A DNA stretch of 52,220 bases from Planctomycetia bacterium (GCA_005789645.1 SXXH01000098.1:1-52220); one strand, 5' to 3'. Counted from the first letter of the stretch, positions 1-9,144 are shown. Notes: generated by a model not told the origin, from the sequence alone. Program-made: numbers and translations.

Positions 1-839
1 ACGAGCACCGATGTGCCCGTGGTCGCGGGCCGGCCTCCGTCGAGCACTTCCACGACGAGTTCGCTGCGCGTCGCAACCGACAGTCGCACCGCGTGGCTCG
101 GCTTGGACAGGTCGACCACCTGGCGATGGACTTGCGCTCCTTGCGCCGGAAGGAAGCTGTCGCCGCCGGCGACGCGCCAAGCTTCGACGAGCACCGTGCA
201 ACGCGGCAGGCCGCTCCACGAGGCCAGGCCTTGGTCGTCGGCGCGACGCAGGCTGGCGCCATCGTCGGTGCGCGGATTCACGTCGCGGCCATCCGCGGCC
301 TCGAAGGCCTCCAGCGCATCCAGCGCCGAATCGAAGCCAGAAGCGCAGGTGCCACCTGCGTCCAGCGGACGGACCGCGACGAGCCATCGGCCTTGTGCCG
401 CTCCGCTCTGTCCAGCCAACTGGACGGCGAGATCGCTGCCGGGCTCCAACACGAACTTGGCTTCGCCCGACTTGGCGTCGAGCACGCCGACTTGCGCGGC
501 ACGACCGGGAGCCACGATGGCGATGTTCGAAAGACCCGCTGCGATCGGCACCAGCAGCGCCATGCCGCCTTGGTTCGAGATGCCGGCGCGCGCGATGCTC
601 CAACTGCCGGTTCCTGCATTCGCCGGGGCGCACAAGACGCGCGCCTCCTGCACCGGGTTGCCGTCCGCGTCGGAGAGCGCGATGGCCAGCCCGAGGTCGG
701 TTGTCGCGTTTGCTTGACGCAAGCGCGCCGGCTCGAAGTTCTCGGACGCGACATTCCCGGGCCAAGGGATGGCGACGGCGGCGACGATTGCCAGGGTGGA
801 GGCCGTGGCGGCCGCGATACCCCAAACGAGCTTGTTCAC
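1..839 (-). CDS. hypothetical signal-anchored/secreted protein, partial (C-terminal part lies beyond the left edge)
   Basis: Absent from the ORF track because it is open at the window edge. My translation of the minus frame from GTG (839..837) gives MNKLVWGIAAATASTLAIVAAVAIPWPG... and stays open to position 1. Third codon positions are GC-rich. GAGGA lies 7 nt upstream of the GTG. Confidence 0.5.
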   Translation of the reverse strand, partial: MNKLVWGIAAATASTLAIVAAVAIPWPGNVASENFEPARLRQANATTDLGLAIALSDADGNPVQEARVLCAPANAGTGSWSIARAGISNQGGMALLVPIAAGLSNIAIVAPGRAAQVGVLDAKSGEAKFVLEPGSDLAVQLAGQSGAAQGRWLVAVRPLDAGGTCASGFDSALDALEAFEAADGRDVNPRTDDGASLRRADDQGLASWSGLPRCTVLVEAWRVAGGDSFLPAQGAQVHRQVVDLSKPSHAVRLSVATRSELVVEVLDGGRPATTGTSVL

Positions 840-1086
840 AGGCTGGTCCTCGGTGCCCCGCGCGGCCGTCGCGACCGCCGAAGGGCGGCCGGCTCGACGC
901 GGCGACCTAGGCGACGCTCCGCGGAGGACGGAAGACGCCTGCGATCGCCTCGTGCTGGGGCGACGACCGAGATCGGCAAGATTTGCCGGGTACTTGAGCA
1001 CCGGGTCGAACTACGGCAAGCCACTCCCGCGGCGGGGAATGCGACCTCTTGAATACCGCGGCCTTGCCGCGACTACACCGCCAGCA

Positions 1087-1971
1087 TCAGCAACATCCAG
1101 TGCGCACGCCCGGCTTGCGAGCCAGGATCTCGGCGCTGGCCACATGGTCGCCGATGCGTGCTCCGGCAGGCAGCGCCGCGGCGATGCGCGCATGGAGCGG
1201 ATCGCCGGCGTGCTCCATGGCCGCGATGTAGTTGGGCTGGGGCTCGATGCGCACGGCGACCAAGCCCGCGGCGCGCGCCTGATCGACGACCTCTTCCGCC
1301 AGCACCGCGCCCGCAACGCAGCCCACGAGCGCCTCGATGTCGTGGGCCAAGGCCTGCGGCAAGGGACGCAGCAGCACGATGTCCGAGATGGCCACGCGAC
1401 CGCCTGGCTTGAGCACCCGCGCGATCTCGCGCCACACCTGCGCCTTGTCCGGCGACAGGTTGAGCACGCAGTTGCTGATGACGCAATCCACGCTCGCGTC
1501 GGCCACGGGCAGGTGCTCGATCTCGCCCAAGCGAAACTCGATGTTGTCGAGTCCGGTGCGCTCGCGGTACAGCGGCAAGTTGGCGCGCGCGCGCGCCAAC
1601 ATCTCGTGCGTCATGTCCACGCCGATGACGCGACCGTTGGCCCCCACCTTGGGGCCCATCAGAAAGCAGTCGAAACCCGCGCCCGAGCCGAGGTCGAGCA
1701 CCGTCTCGCAAGGCGCGAGGCGCGCGATGGCGCCGGGGTTGCCGCACGACAAGCCGAGGTTCGCGCCCTCCGGCAGCGCGGCGATCTCGGCCGCGTCGTA
1801 GCCGATCTGGCGGGCGAGCGTCTCGGCGTCGGTGCGCACGCCGCAGCCCCCGATCGGACCGCAGCAGGAACCAGCGGAAGGATCGGATCGCACGATGGCG
1901 GCATAACCCTCGCGCACGGCTCGTCGCAAGTCGGAGGGCGTGGGCTCGGGTCGTGTTTCGCTGGTGGACAT
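1087..1971 (-). CDS. arsM: arsenite S-adenosylmethionine methyltransferase (ArsM/AS3MT family)
   Basis: SAM-binding motif VLDLGSGAGFD. Cys clusters SCCGPIGGCG, LSCGNPG and VISNCVLNL are typical of ArsM. Start taken at ATG 1971 (MSTSETRP) inside track ORF 1087..2007. Confidence 0.8.
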   Translation of the reverse strand: MSTSETRPEPTPSDLRRAVREGYAAIVRSDPSAGSCCGPIGGCGVRTDAETLARQIGYDAAEIAALPEGANLGLSCGNPGAIARLAPCETVLDLGSGAGFDCFLMGPKVGANGRVIGVDMTHEMLARARANLPLYRERTGLDNIEFRLGEIEHLPVADASVDCVISNCVLNLSPDKAQVWREIARVLKPGGRVAISDIVLLRPLPQALAHDIEALVGCVAGAVLAEEVVDQARAAGLVAVRIEPQPNYIAAMEHAGDPLHARIAAALPAGARIGDHVASAEILARKPGVRTGCC

Positions 1972-2050
1972 GCAGGCTGCCACGCGTTGGCCGCGCGATG
2001 GGCCCAAGCTAGGACATCGGCCAAGGCGCCGCCATGGGCCCCAGTTCGGA

Positions 2051-2911
2051 CTACAAGCGCGCGCCGCAGCGATTGCAGTGCTGCGCTTCGGGCTCGTGGC
2101 CTTGGTGGCCGCAAGCGCCGCAGAGGCGCGCGAGACTCGTGGCGGCCTTGCGCACCATGACCTCGCGCCCGATCTCCGCCGCCACGATGCCGGTCGGCAC
2201 CGCCAGGATGGCGAAGCCCGTCAGCATGATGAAGGACGCCAGCATCTTGCCCGCCACGGTCGCGGGGACGATGTCGCCGTAGCCGACGGTCGTGACGGTG
2301 ACGATGGCCCAGTAGATCGAAGCCGGGATGCTCTCGAAGCGCGATCCCTCGCTGTGCTCGATCACGTACATCAAGCTGCCCTCGACGCACACGAGCGCCA
2401 GTACGCTCGTCATGAACACGAAGATCTTGCGACGCGAGGCCAGCAAGGCGTGCAGCAGCACATTGGCCTCGTTGACATGGTGGATCATCTTCAGGATGCG
2501 GAAGATCCGCATCAGGCGCAGGATCCGCACCGTGGCCATGTAGTGCGAACCGCCGAGGAACAGGCTCAGGTAGTTCGGCAAGACGGCCAGCAGGTCGACC
2601 ACGCCGAAGAAGCTCGTCGCGTAGGCCGTGGGACGCTTCGAGCACCACAAGCGCAGGGCGTACTCGATGGTGAAGAGGATGGTGAAGGCCCACTCGAGCG
2701 CGATGAACCATCGTCCCCACTCTTCGCGCAGCGGCTCGACGCTGTCGAGCATCACGACCAGCACGCTGGCGAGGATCGCCCACAGGAGCACCAAGTCGAA
2801 GGCGCGCCCCGCCGGAGTGTCGGCGAGGAACACGATGCGCCACATGCGCGCGCGCCAGCCGCCACCTTCGGGGGCTTCGCTTTCGGGGCTGCTGAGCGGG
2901 GTGCGCGACAT
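2051..2911 (-). CDS. voltage-gated (Kv-like, 6TM) potassium channel with C-terminal CxxC..CxxC tail
   Basis: S4-like RILRLMRIFRILKMI has a basic residue every third position. Selectivity filter is TVGYGD. The tail is CGACGHQGHEPEAQHCNRCG. Start taken at ATG 2911 (MSRTPLSS). Confidence 0.85.
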   Translation of the reverse strand: MSRTPLSSPESEAPEGGGWRARMWRIVFLADTPAGRAFDLVLLWAILASVLVVMLDSVEPLREEWGRWFIALEWAFTILFTIEYALRLWCSKRPTAYATSFFGVVDLLAVLPNYLSLFLGGSHYMATVRILRLMRIFRILKMIHHVNEANVLLHALLASRRKIFVFMTSVLALVCVEGSLMYVIEHSEGSRFESIPASIYWAIVTVTTVGYGDIVPATVAGKMLASFIMLTGFAILAVPTGIVAAEIGREVMVRKAATSLARLCGACGHQGHEPEAQHCNRCGARL

Positions 2912-2944
2912 GCGGGCAGGACGATAGCCATCCGGCCTGCCCGC
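2912..2944 (-). promoter_or_regulatory. GC-rich hairpin abutting the K+ channel start codon
   Basis: GCGGGCAGG (2912..2920) pairs perfectly with CCTGCCCGC (2936..2944) across a 15-nt loop. On the minus strand the stem ends directly at the ATG. Confidence 0.3.
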
Positions 2945-2950
2945 GCCAAA

Positions 2951-2986
2951 GAGAGGAGCCCGGAACATCCAGCCCGGGCTCCTCTC
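2951..2986 (-). terminator. putative intrinsic terminator downstream of the PhoD-like gene
   Basis: Perfect 13-bp stem GAGAGGAGCCCGG / CCGGGCTCCTCTC with a 10-nt loop. On the minus strand it is followed by TTTGG. A second small hairpin, GAGCCC-cccc-GGGCTC, lies at 2989..3004. Confidence 0.5.
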
Positions 2987-3073
2987 CCGAGCCCCCCCGG
3001 GCTCGTCAACTCTCCGCAATCCGATCGCCCGGCGTGCAGGCGACCGTCTGCGCTCTTGGCCGCGCCGCGCCCC

Positions 3074-4708
3074 TCACTGGGGCACGACGGTGAAGTTGCC
3101 CACGATGAAGGGCGGCAGCGTGGTCGCGTTGGGCTCCACGCCCCAGGTCGTGACGCTCAACTCGCCCGTGACGGGCGCCACCTGGAACTCGGTCCAACCA
3201 AAGGTGTGCGTGGCCGACCAGCCACCGGCGTTCAGCGTGGCGTTGATCGGCGCTCCGACGAGACCCACCGTGTCGTAGCCGAGCGGCGCGACCTGCTGGT
3301 CGATCAACTGCTGCACGAAGGCGTCCTTGGCGGGGATCGGCAAGGACTGGTAGAAGGCGACTTGCGCCGGGGTCAGCAAGCCCAAGGCGCTGGCGAGGCC
3401 CACCACCGTGGGGCCGAAGGGCTGGTTGTACGAGATCGAACCGGTCGTCACCTCGAAGGCGCCGGTCTGCTGCTGAGGCTGGCCGGGGCCGGCGGAGAAG
3501 GTCAGGTTGTTGACGATCGTGCCGTGGATGTCCGCCGCGACGAAGACGACGTTGCGGATGTTGTTGGCGGCGACATGCGCGAGGACCTCGGCGCGCTCGG
3601 CCGCGTAGCCTTCGTAGCGATCCTGACCGGCCACCACGCCGAGGTTCTGGATCGGCTCGGGGATCATGACGAATTTCCACTTGATGCCGGCTTGCTCGGC
3701 GGCGAGCAGGTCGGCCTTGAGCTCTTCGACCTGGGCGCGACCGAGCATCGTGCGCGTCGGGTCGTAGCTCGACACGAGGAAGTTGAGCACCTGCGCCTGG
3801 TCGGCGGGATTGGCGACCGCGGGCAAGGACTGGTCGCGGAAGGAACGCGCGTCGAGCACCATCAGCGCCGCGTCTGTGCCGTAGGCCATCTTGCGGTACA
3901 GCTTGCGCTTGAACGCCGTGCGAGCATCGCCGGTCTGGCCGTAGGCGAGGCGCAGGGTCGGCATGTACTCGGTGAAGGACCGCATGCCATTGCGGAACAG
4001 GTTGGTCTCGTTGATGTAGGCGCCATTCAGGTCGAAGCGCGCATCCGAGGACGGCGCGGCGCCGCCGGCGAAGTCGTTGGTCACCTCGTGGTCGTCGATC
4101 GAGGCCCACAGCGCGGTCGAGCGACGCAGGTCGCCGACGCCATTGACGCCGGAGAAGGCCGAGAGCACTTCGGCGTGCTTGCCGCGGAACTCGTCGAGCG
4201 TGATGCACTGCGCGACCGGCACGAGGGGCGAGGCCACGTCGGCGTAGATCGTGTCGCCGAGCATGACGAAGAACTCGAGGTTGGCGGTGGCGGCGTTGGA
4301 GAGCGAGCCGGCCGGCATGAAGTCGCCGCGCGAGTCGCCGGAGACGCCGAAGCGCAGGCCTTGCACTCCACCTCCGAGGCGCGGCGTCCTGAACGTCCCG
4401 CTGTCGACGCCGCCGGACGGAGATTGCGCTTCGTAGTAGTAGGTGGTGCCCGGCAGCAGGCCGCGCACATACGCCTTGGCGGGCAAGGTCGCGTCGACGA
4501 CGGTGGCTGTGCGCGTGGCGGCGCCAGCCAGGCTCGGATCGGTCGAGTAGCGGAAGGTCACAGTGCCCGCCGTGGCGGAGCGGGCCCACAGGACGGCGTA
4601 GGTGGGACCGACATCGCCAGCGGCGACGCGCTGGGGCAGATCGGCGGATTGGGCGAAGGCGAGGCCGCCGAGCAGGGCGATGGCAGCGAGAGTGCGAGCT
4701 TGCAGCAT
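3074..4708 (-). CDS. PhoD-like alkaline phosphatase/phosphodiesterase (metallophosphatase fold), secreted
   Basis: Signal peptide MLQARTLAAIALLGGLAFAQSA. Motifs GDSRGD, GDTIYAD, DDHEVTNDF and ADIHG. Start at ATG 4708 inside track ORF 3074..5320. Confidence 0.8.
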   Translation of the reverse strand: MLQARTLAAIALLGGLAFAQSADLPQRVAAGDVGPTYAVLWARSATAGTVTFRYSTDPSLAGAATRTATVVDATLPAKAYVRGLLPGTTYYYEAQSPSGGVDSGTFRTPRLGGGVQGLRFGVSGDSRGDFMPAGSLSNAATANLEFFVMLGDTIYADVASPLVPVAQCITLDEFRGKHAEVLSAFSGVNGVGDLRRSTALWASIDDHEVTNDFAGGAAPSSDARFDLNGAYINETNLFRNGMRSFTEYMPTLRLAYGQTGDARTAFKRKLYRKMAYGTDAALMVLDARSFRDQSLPAVANPADQAQVLNFLVSSYDPTRTMLGRAQVEELKADLLAAEQAGIKWKFVMIPEPIQNLGVVAGQDRYEGYAAERAEVLAHVAANNIRNVVFVAADIHGTIVNNLTFSAGPGQPQQQTGAFEVTTGSISYNQPFGPTVVGLASALGLLTPAQVAFYQSLPIPAKDAFVQQLIDQQVAPLGYDTVGLVGAPINATLNAGGWSATHTFGWTEFQVAPVTGELSVTTWGVEPNATTLPPFIVGNFTVVPQ

Positions 4709-4960
4709 GGGTGGGGTTGCGTCTTGGTGTCCAGGTTCGCGCGCACGGCCCGCTGGCCGTGCGGGGAGATCTTCCCCGCCGGATGCAAGTCGGCCGGGAA
4801 GGAGTTGCCAAGCCCGCGTGAAGTCCTCCGCGCGGCGAGGCGGAACGACGACCAGCTTGACTTGCGCTTGATCCGACCTTGCTGCGCCACTTGCAGGCCT
4901 AGTTCGCGCGCGGCCGCGAGGCACGGGAAGACCAGCGGCGCGCAGGCGTCGAAGTGGGCG

Positions 4961-5398
4961 ATGGACGCGACGGAGGAAGCACGAACTTCGCAACTGCGCC
5001 TGTGGGTCGGCCACGCGCTGCTGGCCGCGATGGGCACCGCCGGCCTCGCCGCCAGCGCCGCGTGGGCCGCGTTGATGCCTGATTCCGGCGCCTTGTCGGA
5101 TCGCGACCAGGCCGCGCCGCGGGACTGCGACGGCCTCGCTTGCGCGGTGCTCAGCCGCATGGTTCAGGCCGATGTGTGCGTCGAACCCGCCGCAGCGCTG
5201 CACGAGGACTGCGGTTGTCGCCTCGAAGCCATGGCGTGTGGCGCGAGCTCGGACCGCGTCATGCGCGGCAGTCGACCGGTGCGTTGGCACCGCGCTGGAG
5301 GGTGCGAAGCCTGCTTGCACGACCGACCCTCGCGCTTTCCGGGCGTGGCGGGCATCGACCTCCCACGCACGACGGGCAAGTGTCGCCAGCTTCTCTGA
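4961..5398 (+). CDS. possible small Cys-rich membrane protein (hypothetical)
   Basis: This is the tail of shadow ORF 1940..5398. From ATG 4961 it reads MDATEEARTSQLRLWVGHALLAAMGTAGLAASAAWAAL (one TM helix) followed by a Cys-rich segment. Third positions are GC-rich. It fills an otherwise empty 880-bp gap. No family recognised. Confidence 0.3.
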   Translation: MDATEEARTSQLRLWVGHALLAAMGTAGLAASAAWAALMPDSGALSDRDQAAPRDCDGLACAVLSRMVQADVCVEPAAALHEDCGCRLEAMACGASSDRVMRGSRPVRWHRAGGCEACLHDRPSRFPGVAGIDLPRTTGKCRQLL

Positions 5399-5586
5399 AC
5401 CTTCGGGACGATCACGAGCCTGGTCGAAGCACGAACTGGATGCGACGCGACGCAGCCATGCGCCTTCGCACTGCTGCCACGCGCGCTTAGCACTCGGCGG
5501 GATGGGGCTTGGCGGCGCGCCCAGCCACGATGTCGCGTGGACGACGACCGCCGACCCTTTCGCACCCCGGCGACGCGTCCTGCCCC

Positions 5587-6606
5587 ATGAAGCACGCCGT
5601 CCGCCTTGCGCTCCTCGCGCTCCTCGCCCCCGCCGCGCAGGCCCAGCAGATCTACGCGCTCGACGATGGCGCGCCCAACCTCGGCATCACCTACGGCATG
5701 CCGGCCGACTACGCGTGGCTGCAATCGTTCACGACGAGCGGCGGCCCCGACGCCATCGTCAAGGTGCGTCTGATGCTCGAGCCAGGCGGCATCCGTCCCG
5801 GCACGACGATCCGCCTGTGCGTGTGGGAGGATCCCAACGACGACCTGCAACCCAACGACGCCGTGCTGCGCAGCGTGCATGCCGATGTCGTGCCGTCCGT
5901 GGCGAACCTCGCCTGGATCGACTACGACCTGCCTGCCGCCGGCGGCGTGGAGGGGGCCTTCTTCCTCGGCGCCATCGTCGAGACCGATGGCACCTTCGCC
6001 ACGATCGGGCTGGTCGACACGGACGCCGCGATCACCGGACGCGCGTGGTTCGCGGCCGCTGGCCCGGGACAGCTCGACCCCGAGCGCCTGGGCGACGCGG
6101 GACCGCAGCGCATCGAGGTGCTGGGCGCCGGGATCCGCGGTGCGTTCCTGCTGCGCGGCGAAGGCACGGGCACCGCGCCACGGACCTATTGCGACGCCAA
6201 GCCCAACTCGCTCGGTTGCGAGCCGAAGATCCGCACCTTGGGCATCGCCAGCGCCAGCGCCGGCACGGGCTTCCATGTGCAGGCGACGGGACTGCTCAAC
6301 CGCGGCGCGGGCACGCTCTTGTACAGCGTCCACGGTCGCGGCGCGGTCCCCTTCGCGGGCGGCACCATGTGCCTCGCCGGTCCCCTGCGCCGCACGCCGG
6401 CCATGCAAAGCGGCGGCAGCGCGCAGGTGCGAGACTGCAGCGGAGTCCACAGCTTCGACTTCGCCGCGTGGGTGGCAAGTGGCGTGGATGCGAGCCTGGT
6501 GGCCGGCACGACCGTGTGCGCCCAATACTACACGCGCGATCCGGGCTTCCCGGCGCCCGACAACGTGGGCTTGAGCGACGCGTTGGAGTTCATCCTCGTG
6601 CCCTGA
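5587..6606 (+). CDS. secreted hypothetical protein with Cys-containing C-terminal module
   Basis: Signal peptide MKHAVRLALLALLAPAAQAQQ. The C-terminal ~140 aa (about 6184..6603) resemble the C-terminus of the 20445..22448 protein (YC..GC.., F.GG..C.AG, QxYxRD). Confidence 0.7.
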   Translation: MKHAVRLALLALLAPAAQAQQIYALDDGAPNLGITYGMPADYAWLQSFTTSGGPDAIVKVRLMLEPGGIRPGTTIRLCVWEDPNDDLQPNDAVLRSVHADVVPSVANLAWIDYDLPAAGGVEGAFFLGAIVETDGTFATIGLVDTDAAITGRAWFAAAGPGQLDPERLGDAGPQRIEVLGAGIRGAFLLRGEGTGTAPRTYCDAKPNSLGCEPKIRTLGIASASAGTGFHVQATGLLNRGAGTLLYSVHGRGAVPFAGGTMCLAGPLRRTPAMQSGGSAQVRDCSGVHSFDFAAWVASGVDASLVAGTTVCAQYYTRDPGFPAPDNVGLSDALEFILVP

Positions 6607-6666
6607 CCCGGATCGGCGCGTCGCGTCGGTTGCATGCGCGCGGCGGGGAGGCTGGAGTGTTGGGCC

Positions 6667-9135
6667 ATGCACCCGCGCCAAGAGTCCTTCGTCGCCCACA
6701 AGTTCGGAGGCTCCAGCCTCGCCGACGCTGCGCGCATCGAGCGCGTCGCGCGCATCCTCGCCGAACGCCAAGAACGCCAAGTGATCGTGGTCTCGGCCAT
6801 GCAAGGCGCGACCGACGCGCTGATCGGTCTCTTGCGGCGCGCGGCGGCGCGCGACGAGGGTTGGACGAGCGACTGGTCCGACCTGCGCGAACGCCACGTC
6901 CTGGCGGCGCGCGCCATCGCCGGCCCCGCGGCCGAGGGACTGCTCGCCACGCTCGAAGAAGAGTTCCAGCGCCTGCGCGAGTTGCTGCATGCGCAAGCAT
7001 TGGTCGGATACCTGTCCGACGACCTGCTGGACCTCGTCCAAGGGTTGGGCGAGGTGTGGTCCTCGCTCCTCGTCCAAGCCGCCCTGCGGGCGCGTGGTCT
7101 CGACTGTGTCCGGCTGGACGCACGCGCTGTGCTGGTCGTCGAGCACGGCGAGTTGGGCGCGACCGTCGACTGGGACGAGTCGCAAGGCAAGCTCGCCAAC
7201 TTGAAGTTGCGCGACGAGCCGCGCGTGGTCGTCACCGGCTTCGTGGCGCGCACGCGGGCCGGCCGCGTGACGACGCTCGGCCGCAACGGCAGCGACTACT
7301 CGGGCGCCATCTTCGCCGCGCTGTTCGGCGCGTTCGAACTGCACATCTGGACCGACGTCGATGGCGTGCTGAGCGCCGACCCGCGCGTCGTGCCCGAAGC
7401 CATGCTGGTCGAGCGCCTGTCGTACGACGAGGCCTGCGAGCTGTCCTACTTCGGCGCGAAGGTCATCCACCCGCAGACGATGGCGCCGGCGATCGCGCGC
7501 GGCATCCCGATCATCATCCGCAACACCTTCAACCCGGACCATCCAGGCACGCTCATCTCGAGCGAGCCCTCGCAGGTCCCGCCGGTCAAGGGCGTCACGA
7601 CCTTCGCGGGACTCGCCCTGCTCGACATCGCCGGCGCGGGCATGATGGGCGTCCCTGGCACCGCGGAGCGCGCGTTCTCGGCCCTCAAGCAGGCTGGCGT
7701 CTCGGTCGTGATGATCTCGCAGGGCAGCTCGGAGCATTCCATCTGCTGCGTCATCCGCGAGAAGGACGCGCCCGCCGCCGAGCGCGCCGTGCGCGAGGCC
7801 TTCGGTCGGGAGATCGACCGCCGGCAGATGGAAGGCGTATCGACGCGCACGGGCGTCGCCGCCTTGGCCGTGGTGGGCGACGGCATGGCCGGCACGCCGG
7901 GCACGGCGGCGCGCTTGTTCGCCGCGCTTGGCCGCGCGCGCGTCAACGTGCGCGCCATCGCGCAAGGTGCTTCCGAACGCAACATCTCCGTGGCCATCGA
8001 CGCCGCCGACGCGACCCGCGCCTTGCGCGCCGTGCACGCGGGGTACTACCTGTCGGCGCAGACCATCTCCGTCGGGCTGGTCGGTCCCGGCAACGTGGGC
8101 CAAGCGCTCGTGCGACAACTCGCCGCCACGCGCGAGCGGCTCCTGCGCGAGTTGCGCATCGACTTGCGCCTGAGGGCCGTCGCCTCGAGCCGCGCGATGT
8201 GGCTGGGCGAGCCGGGCGCTGCGCCGCTCGAGGCACTCGAAGCACTGCGCACGCGGCCGCAGGCGCTCGACATGGCGCGCTTCGCCGACCATGTGCGCGC
8301 CGACCATGTGCCGCACGCCGTGGTGCTGGATTGCTCGGCGAGCGGGGTGGTGGCCGATCGCTACTCCTCGTGGCTGGCGCGCGGCATCCATGTCGTCGTG
8401 GCCAACAAGCAAGCCGGAGCAGGCGATCTCGCGCGGTACCAGGCGATCCGCGCCGCCGAAGCCGCGGGTGGCGCGAAGTGGCGCTACGAAGCCACCGTGG
8501 GCGCGGGCTTGCCGATCCTGTGCACCTTGCGCGACCTCGTCGACACGGGCGACCAGCTGCACTCGGTCGAAGGCATCCTCTCGGGCACCTTGGCGTGGCT
8601 CTTCAACCACCACGACGGCACGGAGCCGTTCTCCGAACTGGTGCGACGCGCCAAGGCCGAGGGCTACACCGAACCCGATCCGCGCGACGATCTGTCGGGT
8701 CTCGATGTCGCGCGCAAGCTCGTCATCCTGGCGCGCGAGTGCGGCTGGACGACGAGCCTCGCCGACGTTCAGGTCGAAGGACTCGTGCCCGACGAACTCG
8801 CCGGCATCCCGCTCGAGCAGTTCATGGCGCGTCTGGGCGAACTCGACCAGCCCATGGCGGCGCGCCTGGCCGCCGCCAAGTCGCATGGCATGGTCCTGCG
8901 CTACGCGGCGCGCTTGACGCGCGATGGCGAAGCGCGCGTCGGAGTGGTCGAAGTGCCGGCGGACCACGCCTTGGCGCATGGACGCCTGACGGACAACCTC
9001 GTGCAGTTCACGACGGAGCGCTACCGCGCGAATCCGCTGGTGGTGCGCGGACCCGGCGCCGGGCCGGAAGTCACCGCCGCCGGCGTGTACGCCGACCTGC
9101 TGCGCATCGCCGCCGGCCTCGGCTCGGGTGCGTGA
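6667..9135 (+). CDS. thrA: bifunctional aspartokinase / homoserine dehydrogenase
   Basis: N-terminal aspartokinase motifs (KFGGSSL, VVVSAM, two ACT-like regions). C-terminal homoserine dehydrogenase (GLVGPGNVG Rossmann motif; EATVGAGLPI). Confidence 0.9.
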   Translation: MHPRQESFVAHKFGGSSLADAARIERVARILAERQERQVIVVSAMQGATDALIGLLRRAAARDEGWTSDWSDLRERHVLAARAIAGPAAEGLLATLEEEFQRLRELLHAQALVGYLSDDLLDLVQGLGEVWSSLLVQAALRARGLDCVRLDARAVLVVEHGELGATVDWDESQGKLANLKLRDEPRVVVTGFVARTRAGRVTTLGRNGSDYSGAIFAALFGAFELHIWTDVDGVLSADPRVVPEAMLVERLSYDEACELSYFGAKVIHPQTMAPAIARGIPIIIRNTFNPDHPGTLISSEPSQVPPVKGVTTFAGLALLDIAGAGMMGVPGTAERAFSALKQAGVSVVMISQGSSEHSICCVIREKDAPAAERAVREAFGREIDRRQMEGVSTRTGVAALAVVGDGMAGTPGTAARLFAALGRARVNVRAIAQGASERNISVAIDAADATRALRAVHAGYYLSAQTISVGLVGPGNVGQALVRQLAATRERLLRELRIDLRLRAVASSRAMWLGEPGAAPLEALEALRTRPQALDMARFADHVRADHVPHAVVLDCSASGVVADRYSSWLARGIHVVVANKQAGAGDLARYQAIRAAEAAGGAKWRYEATVGAGLPILCTLRDLVDTGDQLHSVEGILSGTLAWLFNHHDGTEPFSELVRRAKAEGYTEPDPRDDLSGLDVARKLVILARECGWTTSLADVQVEGLVPDELAGIPLEQFMARLGELDQPMAARLAAAKSHGMVLRYAARLTRDGEARVGVVEVPADHALAHGRLTDNLVQFTTERYRANPLVVRGPGAGPEVTAAGVYADLLRIAAGLGSGA

Positions 9136-9144
9136 ATCGACGAC

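Noticed and set aside
1940-5398. Very long ORFs in the track: 1940..5398 (+), 5164..8979 (-), 5172..9185 (+), 16630..20325 (+), 27694..30585 (+), 20136..22547 (+), 16175..18193 (-) and similar.
   Set aside because: Their translations are Arg/Ala/Gly/Pro-rich and low-complexity, with no family motifs. They lie antisense or out of frame to ORFs with clear family signatures. These are typical stop-poor shadow frames of ~70% GC DNA. Only the last 145 codons of 1940..5398 were kept, as a low-confidence candidate.
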